Assembly: GCA_905331295.1 (NCBI GenBank)
Contig: CAJNYD010000066.1
Location: forward strand, 1-57,827
DNA: 57,827 nt
Source: Rotaria socialis
Lineage: Eukaryota
Direction: 5' to 3'
Made by a program: the position numbers and the translations under genes. Under the pieces are notes generated by a model. The model made no database searches and was not told where the DNA came from. It was given only the letters and a program-made list of their open reading frames with translations. Numbering within the stretch: position 1 is the stretch's first letter; every line of letters starts with the position of its first letter. This document shows, piece by piece, positions 29,201 through 43,431 of this stretch.

Positions 29201-32200
29201 TTTTTTAAACAATAATTTTTTTACATAAGGGGAAGATGCCATATTTGTAATTTGTCGAATTTCTTTGGCAATCATTCGTAGCTTTTCGAAATTAATCTAA
29301 AGAAAAAAACATGTTTTTTTATTTATAGGAATTTTTTATTCTGATAAATTACTAAGCCATCGTCTTGAGTTGGATTTCCCAAATTAATAAATGTCAAATC
29401 TTTCATACACACCGGAAACATGGGAATCTAGAACGAGTCATACAATAATGTGATCGATTTCATAATGAATCGTTGATTACTCACAATAGGTGGAACGACG
29501 GATTCATTTTTCAATAAGTTTCGATAGACAGACATATTTCGAGATAGATCAAGTAGAGATTTCAATTCCTAAATAATAACAAAAAGAAAGAAAGAATTCG
29601 ATTTGTATCAAATAAAAAATGTTTAATTTTATTTATCAATCCAACGATCTATTATGACAATAATGATAGTAAATCCTGTGGACTAATATAGATTATCTTC
29701 TCAAGATTTATTGTATTGTAAAAGTGTTCACATTGTCAAGGTCTATCGCAAAAAAAGATCAGTCATTTAGCGACCTTCTTGAATATGGTTTTCAAGGTTT
29801 TAATAATAAACATGAAAGTGTATATTCCTGCGGATAACCATAAGTGGTAAATGATTATATTCAAACAATTTTTTAAAACTTATGAATGCGTCTACGATTT
29901 ATTATTTTGTATTGAATTTCATAACATGAAGTAGTCTACAAATGTATTACGCCAAACTGCAACAATCAGTCGAGTTTGTCTGGCAACGTTTTCTTTTAAT
30001 TTTTCATATTGAATCGAAGTTTTATTTTCCTCTCCGTCTATTCCGTCGGCTTTTTTTCAAGCTGGATTCGTCTCGCTATGATGAAGAGCCTTGTTCTATT
30101 TTTTAAATTTGAAAACAATATTAAACTCTTTCAGTACAGCGAATGAACTCGAATCTATTCAAGCAAAAAAAAATTTAGATTCATATTTCGCAGACGCTAT
30201 GAAAATTATATTTCTTTTTTTCTAATTTGTTATCTAATGATGTACTTGTGATTCTAAAAATAATTCGAACAGAAAACTATACTTTCAAATAATCATCTGA
30301 GATAAGGTATGATTCGAATAATAAACCTATACAAAAATATTCCTACCTAATATTCTAGTCAAATCCAACAGAAAAAGAGTATTGCTCTGTCTCATTGTAT
30401 GATTCTTCTATTTTTATCTTTATACACCGATGATAAAACTTACTTCAAATGTTTTTTTATGTTTATCAGGTACACGTTCCCATGTAGATTGTAAACGTTG
30501 TACACTCTTATGATCAAGTCCACTAACAATAGCAAACATTGAATTAAAATTTTTCATATCTTTGCAACATTCTAAACGAGAAAAAGAACCCACAGCGAAC
30601 TTATTTTTGTTTGCGAAAGAAATATTTTGCATACTGGCAATTTTAATGAAATGTTTAATAACTTTTGAACGTTGTACTAAATTATTTTCACGCATAATCT
30701 CTGTGATTGTCCAATACATTTCTTCATTTGGTAATTTAAGGAATTTTTCAAGTTGAGGTATACCATATCCAGATTTTAGTTTAAATACATGATCGATATA
30801 TTCTGTTGTTTGAATAGATTTAAATAAAGCAAAATCACGTAACGTTAATTGTGCACATATTTCTAATGAATCCAATTGAAGGAAACTAGTGCGTCCTTCA
30901 CGTAATAACTCATTAGATAAATGATCCGGAACGAGTGTTTCTGTTGAATGATTATTTTTTAAATAGTAACGAGCATTTATTGGAAGACGCTCTGGTAAAT
31001 TATCAATATGATCAGGCAAACGTTTTTGTTTAATAGCATTATGTTCAAATGATACTTCACATAATGAATAGCATCTTAAGAAAATGTAAGAATTTAGTTC
31101 AGCAATGCAGAATTTGCTTTCGAAAAACAGAGAAAAAAATATATTTGGAGAGAAGGAAATTGCATTCTGGCGGATTTGAAAAAAAATGATTTAAGAAGTG
31201 TAAGGAGCTCTGTGATAATTGAAATAATAAGTGATTAAGCATTGAGATCGAGCAAGTGTGTTGCATTCTACAATTCAACTGATATAGAAAACTTGTTATC
31301 AGCAAGCTATTTTTCGTTTTAATATTCATTGATAATGAAAATCATAATGTTTGTATGTTAAAAAGAAAAGTAGTAGAATATAGACCTCAAGTTCCGATTG
31401 CAGTCAAAGCGATAAACATTGGCCGGTGCTTGCTAACCAGGTATATTATGAGATCCTGGATACTTTTAATAGAGTATCTCGATTATTGACATCTAACTTA
31501 AATCTCTATGATCATTATACAATCCGATGGATATTTGTATCGTATGACTAAAATGGATTCATATAATCTTAGGAAGGAAGCATGCGAATTCGATCTGGAT
31601 TATATATATTCAAATTTGATTGTAAGAACATTTTTAAGTAAATAATAAAGAAAAAGAAAGCAATCGATACTTTCATTGTGAATGTCATGTGTGACAAGTG
31701 ATTAAAAAGTAGAATCTGCTGTAAACGAGCAAATAGTGGAGCAAGAGAATATATAGAGGATAAACTTACGCATCATCGTAGAAGACATCATCCCTTAATG
31801 AGGAAAAAAGATATAGCGTAACCTATGTAACCCATAATAGATAATACCCAAAACATGCTTGTTTTTAGAAGTTTATTCATTAGTTTTTAAAAGCAAAGAG
31901 AAAGAAAAAGAAAAGAAAGGTTTTCCCGATCCCTTGAGAAATTATTTCTTACCGGAGTAGATCAAACTCTACGCGAGAAGACGAATAACTAGAAAGATGA
32001 CGAGCATTAAATTCAAAAATCAGACTAATCTCATTGATAAATAGCAGATTAAAAAATTTGTACTGATTATGTTTCTATTTACCTGCTTGGATCGACAATA
32101 CCGAACTCACTGATAGCTAACATAACAACTTGTTTTGCAGTGGTTTCCTGTAGAAAATAATATTGTTGTTGTTTTTTTAAACATAAACGATTTCATTTTC

Positions 32201-35200
32201 ATACCTTATGCAAAGGAAAGTATTTAAATGATTGATCACTACGGTAAACTTTAATAACAAATGGTGAATAGTTGTCATCATTGATTGGTGCATTTGTTGA
32301 TGAAGACATTGATTTACTACTAATTGATGATGGAGATAAATCTGGATTACTTGTACTTCGATTAAAAAGTCTATTTGCTTGTAACGATAGAACACTCGAA
32401 TCCAAAACATTATCATTATCAATTGAATCAAGTTCACTGAAATGAGAAAAAGACGAAAATTTTGAAATAAGATTAATATTAGTCAATTATTGATTTGCTT
32501 TAACAAAAATAAAATAAAATAAAACAAAGGTCATAGTGTTTCTATCGAAATCCTTTATTGCCATTTATATTTGGCATGCTCGTCTAATAGAGCAAATAGC
32601 GATCAGAAGTTTCATTCATTTGTTTTGTTGAAAAACAAAAATCTGCAATCGTTTTTTATCAAAGATGACACAAGTAACAAGCAATAATAATATGGTAGGA
32701 AAAGAATTATGAACGAAAATCATTTAGATTCGTGATATTCATTGAAAATATAAATAAAGCAGGTGTACGATGAGAATGTTTAGTGCAAAAAAAAAAAAAC
32801 ATTTTTTTGTGTGATTTGGACAAACGTCGAAAACAAAATAATTAACTTTACCTTGTTGACCTGAAAAAAATCAAACAAAAAAGAAGTGTTAATATAAACA
32901 AGAGAAACGTATTTTCCTTTTTGTTTTCGTATTTAGAAATAAGATATTCATTGATATATAGGGAAAATTTATTTTACATTCCGACGAGCACGCACGCAAG
33001 TGATAAGCATAACAATATCCATACTAATCGTATTGCTAGAATTAAATGATGTGAAGTATAGATGAGATAGTCATTGAGTCTCTACACTATGTTTTAAACT
33101 AGACTAAATACTGTTTGAGTTTAGAATTTTGTTGAATAGAACGAATTCTTCTAATTGTTGTTTTTGATCTAATTCGATTCGATTATAAAATTCTTAGATC
33201 AATTAAATTTTCGTTAATTTATCATCTATACAATTAGATGATCCATTACGAATGAACATAGAATTTTTATAAGAATGATTGTCATTGTGAAAAAATCAAC
33301 ACTTTTTATTTTCAAGGTTTGTTATTAGATCAGCAGTATCTTTTATTGAAGTACTATAGAGTTAAAATATATGATTCATATAAGAAGCTTTTTTGCTGCT
33401 CACTTATTGACCACACGCACATGTGCAGAAAAAGTGGACCAATACAAACTTCTTTGTTACTTAGAGCAGTTCGTTTTTACTTTCATCTTTCTTTCTCAAT
33501 CGACTTGTAGGTCATAGCTGCAAGTGACTTGACAAAGAAAAGTGACGGTAAATTGACTGGCCATAGCAACAAATAAGCTTCTAAATGTCCATTTTTTCTG
33601 CATGCATGTACGACCAATAAAAAGTCGCTTATAAATAAGACTCACTTCAATTGTTTCTTATTACACATTTTTCATAGTTGATGTTAAAGTAATACAATAC
33701 TTTTATTTTAATAGATGAACAAAGACAAGAAACAATCTATGGTAGTCTTTCTCTAAATCTCTAAAAATAAGATTGTATACTAAACTTTATTTTCTTAATA
33801 TTCATTTAGTCCAATGACAAAGAACAAAAGCAACTCTTATCAGTTTCATTACCACCGATATCGATGGTAACAATGAATGCAACATCATTAGAATTAACAG
33901 ACAAAATCGATCCCAATTCAGCAATGAAGAAGAAACTAGCCGAAAGTGCATCAACTATTAACATTGATAGCAGTGAAAATAATAGTATTCTAGCAGAATA
34001 TACTAAACATTCTCGTTCATATAAAATAAAACGTTTTATTGAAAATTATCTAAACCTTTTAAAATTGGTATTCCAATCGATAATACCCGATTTAATATCT
34101 TTCAAATGGTGGCAAGTTTTACTACTTGCTCTCTATGCTACATTTAGTGTTGTTTTTTCAGTTTTGGTAAGTTTTTTTTCATCGTTTAAAATGACTAAAA
34201 ATTTTTTTCTTTTTTCGCTGCTCACAGGATTTTAATTCATTTCTTCCATATAAAAACAAGAGTTCAATATTAAAATGGAGAAATGATCTTAAAGATAATG
34301 TATCTTTATGGCGTCGTATTTTACTATGTCTATCTGGTGTTGCCGCTTTCGTCAATGTTCTCTATGTTGTATTAGTCATACGAGGCAAATTTTCATCCTA
34401 CTTTTGGGGTGTTATTGGTGCTATAATCTATGGTGCATTTTCATTTGCATACGGTTATGTTGGTGATGCTCAATTATATGCATTATTTTTTTTACCCATG
34501 CAATTCATTGGTATATACATGTGGTCGAAAGAATTAGATAATCAATCTACCACACGTGTTAAATCGTTAAAATGGTTTGGTTGGATTGTCGTTATTTTAC
34601 TAAGCACAGGACTTGGTGTTGTATTTTTTTATGAAATTCCCGCATTTTCGAAACTATTAACATCACAATATTTTTTCGAAAGTTCCCGTTTACCTCATAT
34701 ACTCGATGCATCAACAAACGCAATAAGTGTTGTGGCACAATTTTTACTCATATTATGCTATTGGGAACAATATATCTTATGGTTGATTACAAATATTATG
34801 GCAATAATAATGTATAGCGGTAAATAATTTATAATGAAAAGAAAATAATATGATTGATTTTTATTTCTGTTTTCTTCCGCCTATTGAAGGCCTTATTCGA
34901 ACAGATCTTGATATCAATTTATTAGTTGTCTGGAATATGATATCAATCAATTCTATTGTTGGTCTATGTACATGGTTTAAGCGATGGAGAAATTTAGATA
35001 GGACTGTAAGACTTTAATTTTCGTTTACCTGTTATGTTTTGTCATTTTAAATTTTTGCATAACGGCACGCTTAAAGCCCATACGTTTCGTTAATGGACGT
35101 GGCTTAGTTTTTTCTGTATATGGTGTAAGATTATTTTTTGTGGGAGTTATTGTTGTTAATGGTGGACGAATTTGATTAGTTGATGATGAATAATCAGATG

Positions 35201-38200
35201 TAAAAGAATCCGATGGACTATTCATTATTATTATTGACGATGAATTATTTGTTGCTGGTGGACTCGTCGATACCGAACATATAGGAGATAAATTATTTAA
35301 TCGATTTCGAATTTCTTGTTCATAAAACGGCATATCATGACGTTTTTTACGACCAGGAGATTTTTCCGGATGAACAATATCATTGAGACCTAAAATTAAT
35401 TATGAGATTATTACAAGACAGTAAATATAGACAAATTTAAATACCCATTAGATTGCTTTTTAGAGTTAAGGATAAGTGCGTCGTACCACGAAGAACTTCA
35501 AGTGCACGAACATGAGTTAGATAATCGAACGATTGTCCATTAACACTGAGAATCTATGAAACAAAGAACAAATACAAAACGATATAAAGAGCTCATTGAA
35601 AATTTATAGGGCTTCCACTAAAAATTGTCAATAATCGAATTCTATTATTTTAAAGTTGAGATGTAGATATTTGTACATTTTAAAGCATTGTGATTTTGTC
35701 AAGGTTAATCGAAATTTTTCTGACAAAAAGAAACAATAGAAATTGTTTTCGCTAAATGAACAACACTACAGATCAATAGACTGTCAAATTGTCTCAATAA
35801 CAATACATGTTAAACTTTCAGTGATTAAGAAACTGATTGAATATTATCCTTCGTTTATTTATAGCCTACATGTCAAATATTCGCTCTAATAATTTTTTTA
35901 CGTGCGTCATTTTTAACATCGTGAACTTACTTGATCGCCACGCCGTAATCCTGCCTCATAAGCTTTTGAATTCTTTTCAACTTTCGATACGAATATTCCA
36001 TTGTTCGCTAATGTATCAGTTCCCCCGAGTATATTAAAATTCAAAACATCATCGCGTGTTGATCGTGTTAAAGTAATATGACGTATGCTGGCTCTTGTAA
36101 AGCACGCTAAATTGATTAAATGTCTCCATGATCGAATATGCTATAGAAGAAGAAGAAGAAAAACAACAAACAGTTAAATAATCATTTTATTTATTTGTAA
36201 TATGTTACTTCTAATTCATGATTTTGTAATCTATCATCGAATATTTCAAGAAACTCGTATAATTTTGTATTTGTTTCAAAATCATTATAATGATTGTTGA
36301 CCCATGATAGAACGACACGTGCAATGTGTTCGCACGATGCTGAATTTCTATTGTTATCAAAGTAATCCAGTAATTTATTTGTTATGACTGTTGGATTGTC
36401 AACAAATGTTCGATGAGTTAAAAGAAAATCTTGAGCATAATTTGGATCATTTGTTAATTGTAACTCATCAACAAGTAAATCAAGTAGTTTTTCAGTTGTT
36501 GCCTAAAAATTAAAAAAGAAAGAAAATTTTTGAAATTCAATGAATAACAAAAATGAAATCAATACTTTTATAACTATTTCACGTGGTATATTTTGTTCAT
36601 CTTCATTCATACGGATTTCTTTAACCATAACGATTTTATCATTTTCTTCGATTTTTCGAATATTTTTTTCTCCCTAAGTAAAATTAAATTTAAAATCTTT
36701 TACTATTAAATAAGCACGCCAATTACTTGATTTAATATAGCATAATAATCATTTTGTGCGACGACAACAAATTGACAATTGTCAACACGAGTTTTCATAA
36801 TACCCGTATGACAGTATTGATCAAGCGTTGGACCACAGCCAAAACTTTGTCCAACAATTAATGTACGTATAAGTTGTCCATCAAGCGTTTCGTCATCGAC
36901 GGTACCATTTATAATAACTGACCAAGAATCATAACGTTCACCATCATTCATAACAACAGTTTGAGCCTTTTCAACTTGAGCATAAACAAGCACTTTACAC
37001 AATTCACGTCGAACATGTAATGTTAAATTAGCGAATGCCTTTTGAAGAGCAAAAAATAGAATAAACAAAAAAACTTGCATAATACAAAGCGCGAAGGTTT
37101 TTTATCATTCGATAGTTTTTACTATTTTGAATTATGTTTTCATTTTAAGGTAAGATTAATCGACTATTAGCAAGATTTATGAACAAGGTGAAAGTAACAA
37201 GGTTTTGACATGAGCTTAAGTTGATATCTTGAAGAAATAAATTGAACTCGCTATTGTACTACAATGTTAGTCTCTATGGAAATCGATATCGATAAAATAA
37301 CATGAATTTCTAATGAAGATAACTAGAACGCCAACCGTTCTTGAGTACATCACTACTACTGTCCTTAAGCAACTATCCTCAAGTAGTCAAAACAAAGAAA
37401 TTATTGTTTAACCAAAAAAAAATATTTTTTAAAATCTTACCGGGAAATGAATAAGACATTCGAGAATTGCTTCAATATCATCATCAGTACGTTCATTTGC
37501 ATCTTTTAATAATGATTCACGTATATGATCATGAAGAGGAAACGAATGCTAAATAAAAAAAAATAAAAAAACATGAAATTAATTTTGGAAATATGAATTA
37601 AATATTGAAATTTTTACTTCTGATGATGTTTCAGATTCATCGTCGGTTTCATGAATACTTATACAGCGGCTTAATCCGCCGTCATCATTCTGTCCTAAAC
37701 AATTATCTCCATTATTTGTCAATAAACTATCTTCACCATTTGTTGATGATTGCATAACATCTGATCCAGAATAAGCACTTGATGTGTCACTAGCACGAGA
37801 ATGCGAACTGCGAGTCATTGACGGATGAATATCGTTCATGTTCGTCGTTATAATAGAACGCTAGAAAATGAAAAGCAAAGAAAACTTAGAATTTTCACTT
37901 ATTCGTCTGTCAATTACTCTTACATGTTTATTTTGTGGATTTTTTTTCCGATTAATGGACATTGTTGTGCTAGGATCTACTATAATACTTTGTTGTTCTT
38001 CAACTGAAACTATGGGTTGTTCGTGTTGATAATTATGTTGACAACCGATACGCTTCAATGATTCGTGACTATGGACAGCGTGATCGAGCTCGGGATAATC
38101 AATCTATTTAAGAAAAAATACGAAATGAAAGAAAAAAAAACGACTGAAAAGAGTAATGCAAAATGTATCAAGGTGTGACTAAAGGTGATTTTTTTTTCTT

Positions 38201-41200
38201 CATATTAGCATTTTTAATGATGAAGAAAATAACAAGCTATGTCTACTTACAACAAGCATTTCCGATGGTTCAAGTATAACACATTCATTGATCCGATATT
38301 GATTACTAGGAGTTCGTTTACCAAAACTGTTGAAAAGAAGAAAAAAAAAGACGAACGATTATGTCATATATATATATATATGTATATACAAGTAAATGTC
38401 GCTCGATCTGTTCAAGGACAACAGTAGATGTGTAGTGATGAGAGAATGAGTGAGATGGTGTTAGTATAGCAGGAGTAGTTGTAGTGGTAGTAGTAGTAAT
38501 AGTATGTGCAGGGTAAAAAGAAGAAAAAAAGAAAGAAAGAACGAACGAACAAGATTAACAAATAAACATGAAAGACGAACAAAAAAAAGTGATCTGGTCT
38601 CTGTTTCTCTTTGGGTCTCAAAGGATACATAAAAACATCGAAGATCATGATTAAGAATCGAAAATGAAATTTATGATTTTATTATTTTTCTTCTTACCTG
38701 GCTCTTGGTAAATACATTGTAGATTCAATAAAAACAGAACCGGATAAAAGAATATACCAGCAAGTATTTAGTTCCCCGCGACTAAAAAGAAAAAGAGTAT
38801 TACGATTAAAACAAAAATGTGTATACAACGTGAACATTCTGTCATTGCTACTCTTTTGGTATGTATATGTGTATGTATGTTTGCATGTACCTCTCTGTCC
38901 TTAGTGTCGCTTTTCTCTCTTGTGAACGCTCGATCACACGAATATATGCATGCATGCACTACAACAAGCAATCACACATCTCATTTCGTGTAAACGTAAA
39001 AGAATGGGAGCAGAAGCCAAGTGTCAAGTTAACTGACAAGTAAAAAGAAGCTCAGTTAGAAATCAATGGACATTAGACTGGAAAACTATTGTTTATCGAT
39101 AATCTATCATCAGATTTAGCAGCTTTGGTATGGCATCATTCAAGGATATTATCTCTTGATATATATTTCATCTCATGTACATGACGCAACATCTCAATTT
39201 AGACATGAAGTATACGATGGCGCATCTATCATGGCAGATAGATAGATAATTAACCGTGACCGTATTCTGACAATGAATGGTAGATATCTGAGTGTACAAT
39301 CATCGACATGAATGCGTGTATGTATACGTAGTATTACCGCCAAATAGCAGACATAACAAACTAGGGTGAATGTTGTCATCCGGTGTTTAAAAGGATGAAC
39401 AGAAAACAAACAAAACAACAAGACAAAGAAAAGACAGACAAAATTCAATGAATGTTGAGCAGACCTGAATAAAACATGATGAGCATCACAAGTTTCATAT
39501 CGAATTGTTTTACACAAATGGCGAATATTTGATTCACGAAGTGCTGATAAAGCTTCCAAACTTCTTAAATAACCATTAATAACAGTTAAATCCTAAAATT
39601 ATAGAAACAGACATCATGCATATTTCAAGCGACATTGTTAAATTTATGTATCTTCTGCTGTATTTCCTCTTGAACAAATGGCAGAAGAAGAAGAAGAAGA
39701 AGAAGGAAAAAAAAGGTAAAAGTGACTTTCTTTTATTCTCTTTTTCTATTCCTTCTTCCTTTAGAACATTTTCAAAATTGAACTTTCAAAGCCGGACAAT
39801 AGATGACTGACCGCTAAGAAAGAGAGAAAAAGGAAAAAAGCAGTAAAAAAAAGAAATCTATACCTATGTACGTATTTATATGGACAATGGACGAAAGCGA
39901 GTATGTATGTATATATACACTTCTGCGTATAAACCTACAGCAAGTCGATTTCATCGTCTCTTCTCTTCTCTTCTGTTTCTTTCTTTCCTCTACTCCTAAA
40001 TATGTACATGTCCCAACTCTGATGATTAACCATATAGTTCTCTATACTCAATACAAGTTAGCAATCATCTCAGATGGTGGTGGTGATGTCAGTCAATAGA
40101 ATAGAAGAATAGGCAAGCAGACCAAAGAAAAAATAGAGAAAGAAAGGGAAGGAACAGCTAGCAGTCTTCATTATTACTTTCTTATCTTCGACTCTTTTCT
40201 TTTTTGCTTCTTGGTATGAACGATGAAAGAACAGTTGTTACACTAGCTCATGTTCAATCAGGTGCTACTTTTGTTCCTGTTTAGAAACAAGACAAAAAAA
40301 ACACACATATGAAATAGTGTTCGTTTTGTATTTAATTTATATAATAAGGGAACTATATAGACAATAATAATAATAATAATACTTCAGATCATGAATAATG
40401 ATATATTACGTCAGATTTTATATGCACATGTCGGACAAAGTTGAAAAGGGTGAACATGTCTGTTTAATCAGATCTAACAGCCTCCAGCTGAGAATAACAA
40501 CATATATCGACGTATAATAAACGAGATCCAAGATATAAATTAATCATTAGTGTGCATATATAAAGAACGATACTATGACGGACGGCAAATCATCAATAAT
40601 TGTATAGTTATCAATACAGTGGATACGAGAGAGAGAGCAAAAAAAAAATAAATTTGAGTACAATCCACAAATTATTTGATTCTATATGAAAAGGATAATT
40701 TCAATCTATTAGAATGTCATTGATTGCTGATCGTAAAAAAATTTATGACTTCAAGTTTTATTGTCACTTTGCTTTTTGAACAAATGATTTATCAACGGAA
40801 CTGAATATGTTCAATTCAGACATATAAACAATATCATATTGTTTTCGTCAAGCATGAACTTTCACTCTTTAGGGCATATTTTTTGGGAATGAATTCTTTC
40901 TGTATGCATTAACTTTTGCAAAGACATCAATGTAAACATCTGGCAAGCGTTGTTCTATTCAATCTTGCGTCTAGATATCAAGAGATATGTTAATCAAGCA
41001 TGGGAATATAGATGAAAGATTGATCAATTAATTAGACGTAAAAACTGAATCTTATCTTTTTTTGTTTCTTCTTCCTCTGATGATATATTTCTCGAATAGT
41101 TCTTTTTTATGTTCGAATTATGCATAATCTACTAACCTGAGTAGTTCGTTCCGATGGAGCTTTGGCGACACTTTGACGAAATGGTAATTCAGTGCCATAA

Positions 41201-41214
41201 GTCGGCAATGTCAT
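26280..41214 (-). CDS. RAPGEF2: Rap guanine nucleotide exchange factor 2/6 (PDZ-GEF), >20 exons
   Basis: N-terminal cNMP-like region (LEALSALRESNIR; CWYILLSGSVFI); SHSRASDTSSAYSGSD; cNMP domain (AFANLTLHVRRELC, DSWSVIINGTV); REM (DFLLTHRTF); PDZ (LRRGDQ); RA (VIKVYRSDQSFKYF, RLPINARYYLKNN); CDC25 (KNFNSMFAIVSGL, PMFPVCMKDLTF, INFEKLRMIAKEIR). Confidence 0.95.
26801..27032 (+). mobile_element. Internally deleted copy of the DINE-1/HINE-like element in a RAPGEF intron
   Basis: Its reverse complement aligns with both ends of 13703-14232 (gtactcaaaaagtgagt...; ...ttttgcagtac), and the middle is missing. It lies in the intron at ~26772-27051. Confidence 0.75.
33614..33637 (+). promoter_or_regulatory. 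Possible CCAAT/TATA core promoter of the nested PnuC-like gene
   Basis: ccaat at 33614 and tataaata at 33630, about 80 bp upstream of ATG 33715. Weak evidence in AT-rich DNA. Confidence 0.3.
33715..35017 (+). CDS. pnuC: PnuC-like nicotinamide riboside / vitamin transporter (bacterial-type), 4 exons, nested antisense in a RAPGEF intron
   Basis: Exons 33715-33741, 33810-34166, 34228-34819 and 34890-35017 are in frame. Pnu-family patterns: VVLVIRGKFSSYFWGVIG, FFLPMQFIGIYMW, PHILDASTNAISVVAQFLL, YWEQYILWLITN and NSIVGLCTW. Multiple TM segments. Confidence 0.85.
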
Positions 41215-42429
41215 ATTATTTGAATACATTATTTTATAATAAGAAGAATGTGTAATGTTCACCGGAATGTCATTCTATTCGTTTCTTCTACTCATCCAAC
41301 AAACAAAAAAAGAAAGATTTTGTTTTATATCTAGAAAAAACAGGAAAGAAGAAAAAAAAAGACCTACATTGAAACTTATCTGGATTCTCATGTCCATATT
41401 AAAGAATAACAATAAATACTGTATTCGTAGACATGAAGGACATTAAAAGAAAACTTACTATATATGTTTAAAATTGAAATAGGACGAAGAAGAAAAAAAA
41501 AGAACTTTGTTCAAATCAAATAAGCGGTCATTTTTTTGGTATTTTAAAAAATGCAAAAGAATATACATACGTATGCATATATATATATATATGTAGAAAG
41601 ACACAAAAGAAAGAATAGATAAATGATAAAGAAAACTTATCTCAATAATGTAATTTGATCTAGAAAATGAAATAAAGCATATAAGCTGATGATGTGTGAG
41701 ATCAGCTATTGATCTCGTTTCACCTTTTTCAAAAAAAATGCAAATGTAAATACTTCGATTAATCAAAAATCTGAAGACATAAAAAAAAGTTCTACAAAAA
41801 AAAAGAAACATAAATCAAGATGATATATTCTTTTACCGTATAAATTAAGACTCTGCTTTTACAAGATTCTTAAATCTCGCAAAAAAAAATAATAACGCCC
41901 AAGATCAATGTCTATGAAATATTTTTTTGAGAAAAAAAAACAAGAAACACTATGAACTCTACGGATGTCTTTCGATTATTCTTACATTGTTTCAAAATAT
42001 TGTCAAAACAAACGAAACGCATACCACGTGTCCATTAGTTTGTTTGTGCGCAAAACAATATAGGGTATTTGTATGTTTTGTTTTTCGTTTCCACTCTCAT
42101 TCAACTACTTCTTTATAACATTAACTCGTTCGTCTTTCTCTTCTCCTTGTCGATCTCAAGAAAAAGTAAAATAAAAAAAAAACTCAACAAGAAGATTAAA
42201 GTTCTTTTGTCATACTATTTTACATACCGATCGAAATCGAACGGTAGACAAATGAGAGAAAAATAAGAAGAAACAAAAAAATCTCTTACAAGTAACTTTG
42301 TTTTATTATGACCAATAATGATCACGCAGTTATTTCTTTTTTTTTGTGTGCATACATGCCTGTGTACGAATATCTTATGTACAATAAAAAGAAAACAAAA
42401 CAAAAAGGAAATAAAATATGTTGACCTGA

Positions 42430-43431
42430 TTAACTGGGTTGATATGAAAAGTTGCTCAATGTTAAAACAATAGGACTATTATTGGACGGGTGCGAAGGAT
42501 CAGATGAGTTCGATGCTGATGGTGCAAAAATTATATTCATACCATTGTTTTTTAACGCATTCAAATCAATAGTATAAGAAGGAGGAATATTAGTCTGATG
42601 TTGATGATGATGTTGTTCGGATTGAATAAAACAAGGTAGCGGAACAGTTAAATTTGTCGTTTGAGTAGGAGTAGAGAAAATGTGTGAATTAGAACTCTCA
42701 GTCGATTTAGCTTTATTCAATGATGTGAGCTCATCGGACGGTTTCAATTTAGCACGTTTTATAGGGCGAGTTCCATTCGATGTATTGTTACCTTGATCTG
42801 TTTTTGAAAAAAATATTGACAATGGTTTAATAACATAATCTAGGCTTACTGTCAGTTGTAGTATTTAATCGCTTTTTTCGTTGATTTTCATCAATAAATA
42901 TAACATCATTATTATTCAGTGTTGTTGTTGTTGGAGTATCGATTACTTGTTCGATAATGGGTTCATCTTTTGCTAAACATGTTTGAATAAGTGCTTTACC
43001 TGTTTCACTTGTTATCATGGGTTGCAATTTCGCTGTTGCATATGTATAAACATGACCTTAACAAGAAAAATGCTTCTATTAATAAATACTTTTCTTGTAA
43101 TCGTCTTACCAGTTTCGGAAGCAACAAGTAGCATAACTTCAGTACCTGTTAATGTAGCTAATTCATAAGCTTTTTTCATAATGCCTGTTTTACGTTTAGA
43201 AAACGTTGTATATCGTCGTATTTTATTATCGATATAAGCCATTTTGATTTTAACACGGCCTAAAGTTTTTTTATTTTTATTATGAGTTATTGAATGTTTT
43301 TCGATAGTTTCAATTGATCGATCATTTGAATCATCGTCATCAATAAAATCTTCATCATTGGATGTTGCTGAACTAACAGATACACGACGCATTGTACTGT
43401 TTGTTTCTCGTGAATGAAAACAAGACGACAT
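42430..43431 (-). CDS. SRF: Serum response factor (MADS-box transcription factor), 3 exons
   Basis: GRVKIKMAYIDNKIRRYTTFSKRKTGIMKKAYELATLTGTEVMLLVASETG|HVYTYATAKLQPMITSETGKALIQTCL is the SRF MADS plus SAM signature. Confidence 0.96.

Noticed and set aside
33715..35017. Bacterial contamination as the source of the pnuC-like gene
   Set aside because: It has spliceosomal introns, host-like AT content and no gap between it and the flanking RAPGEF exons.
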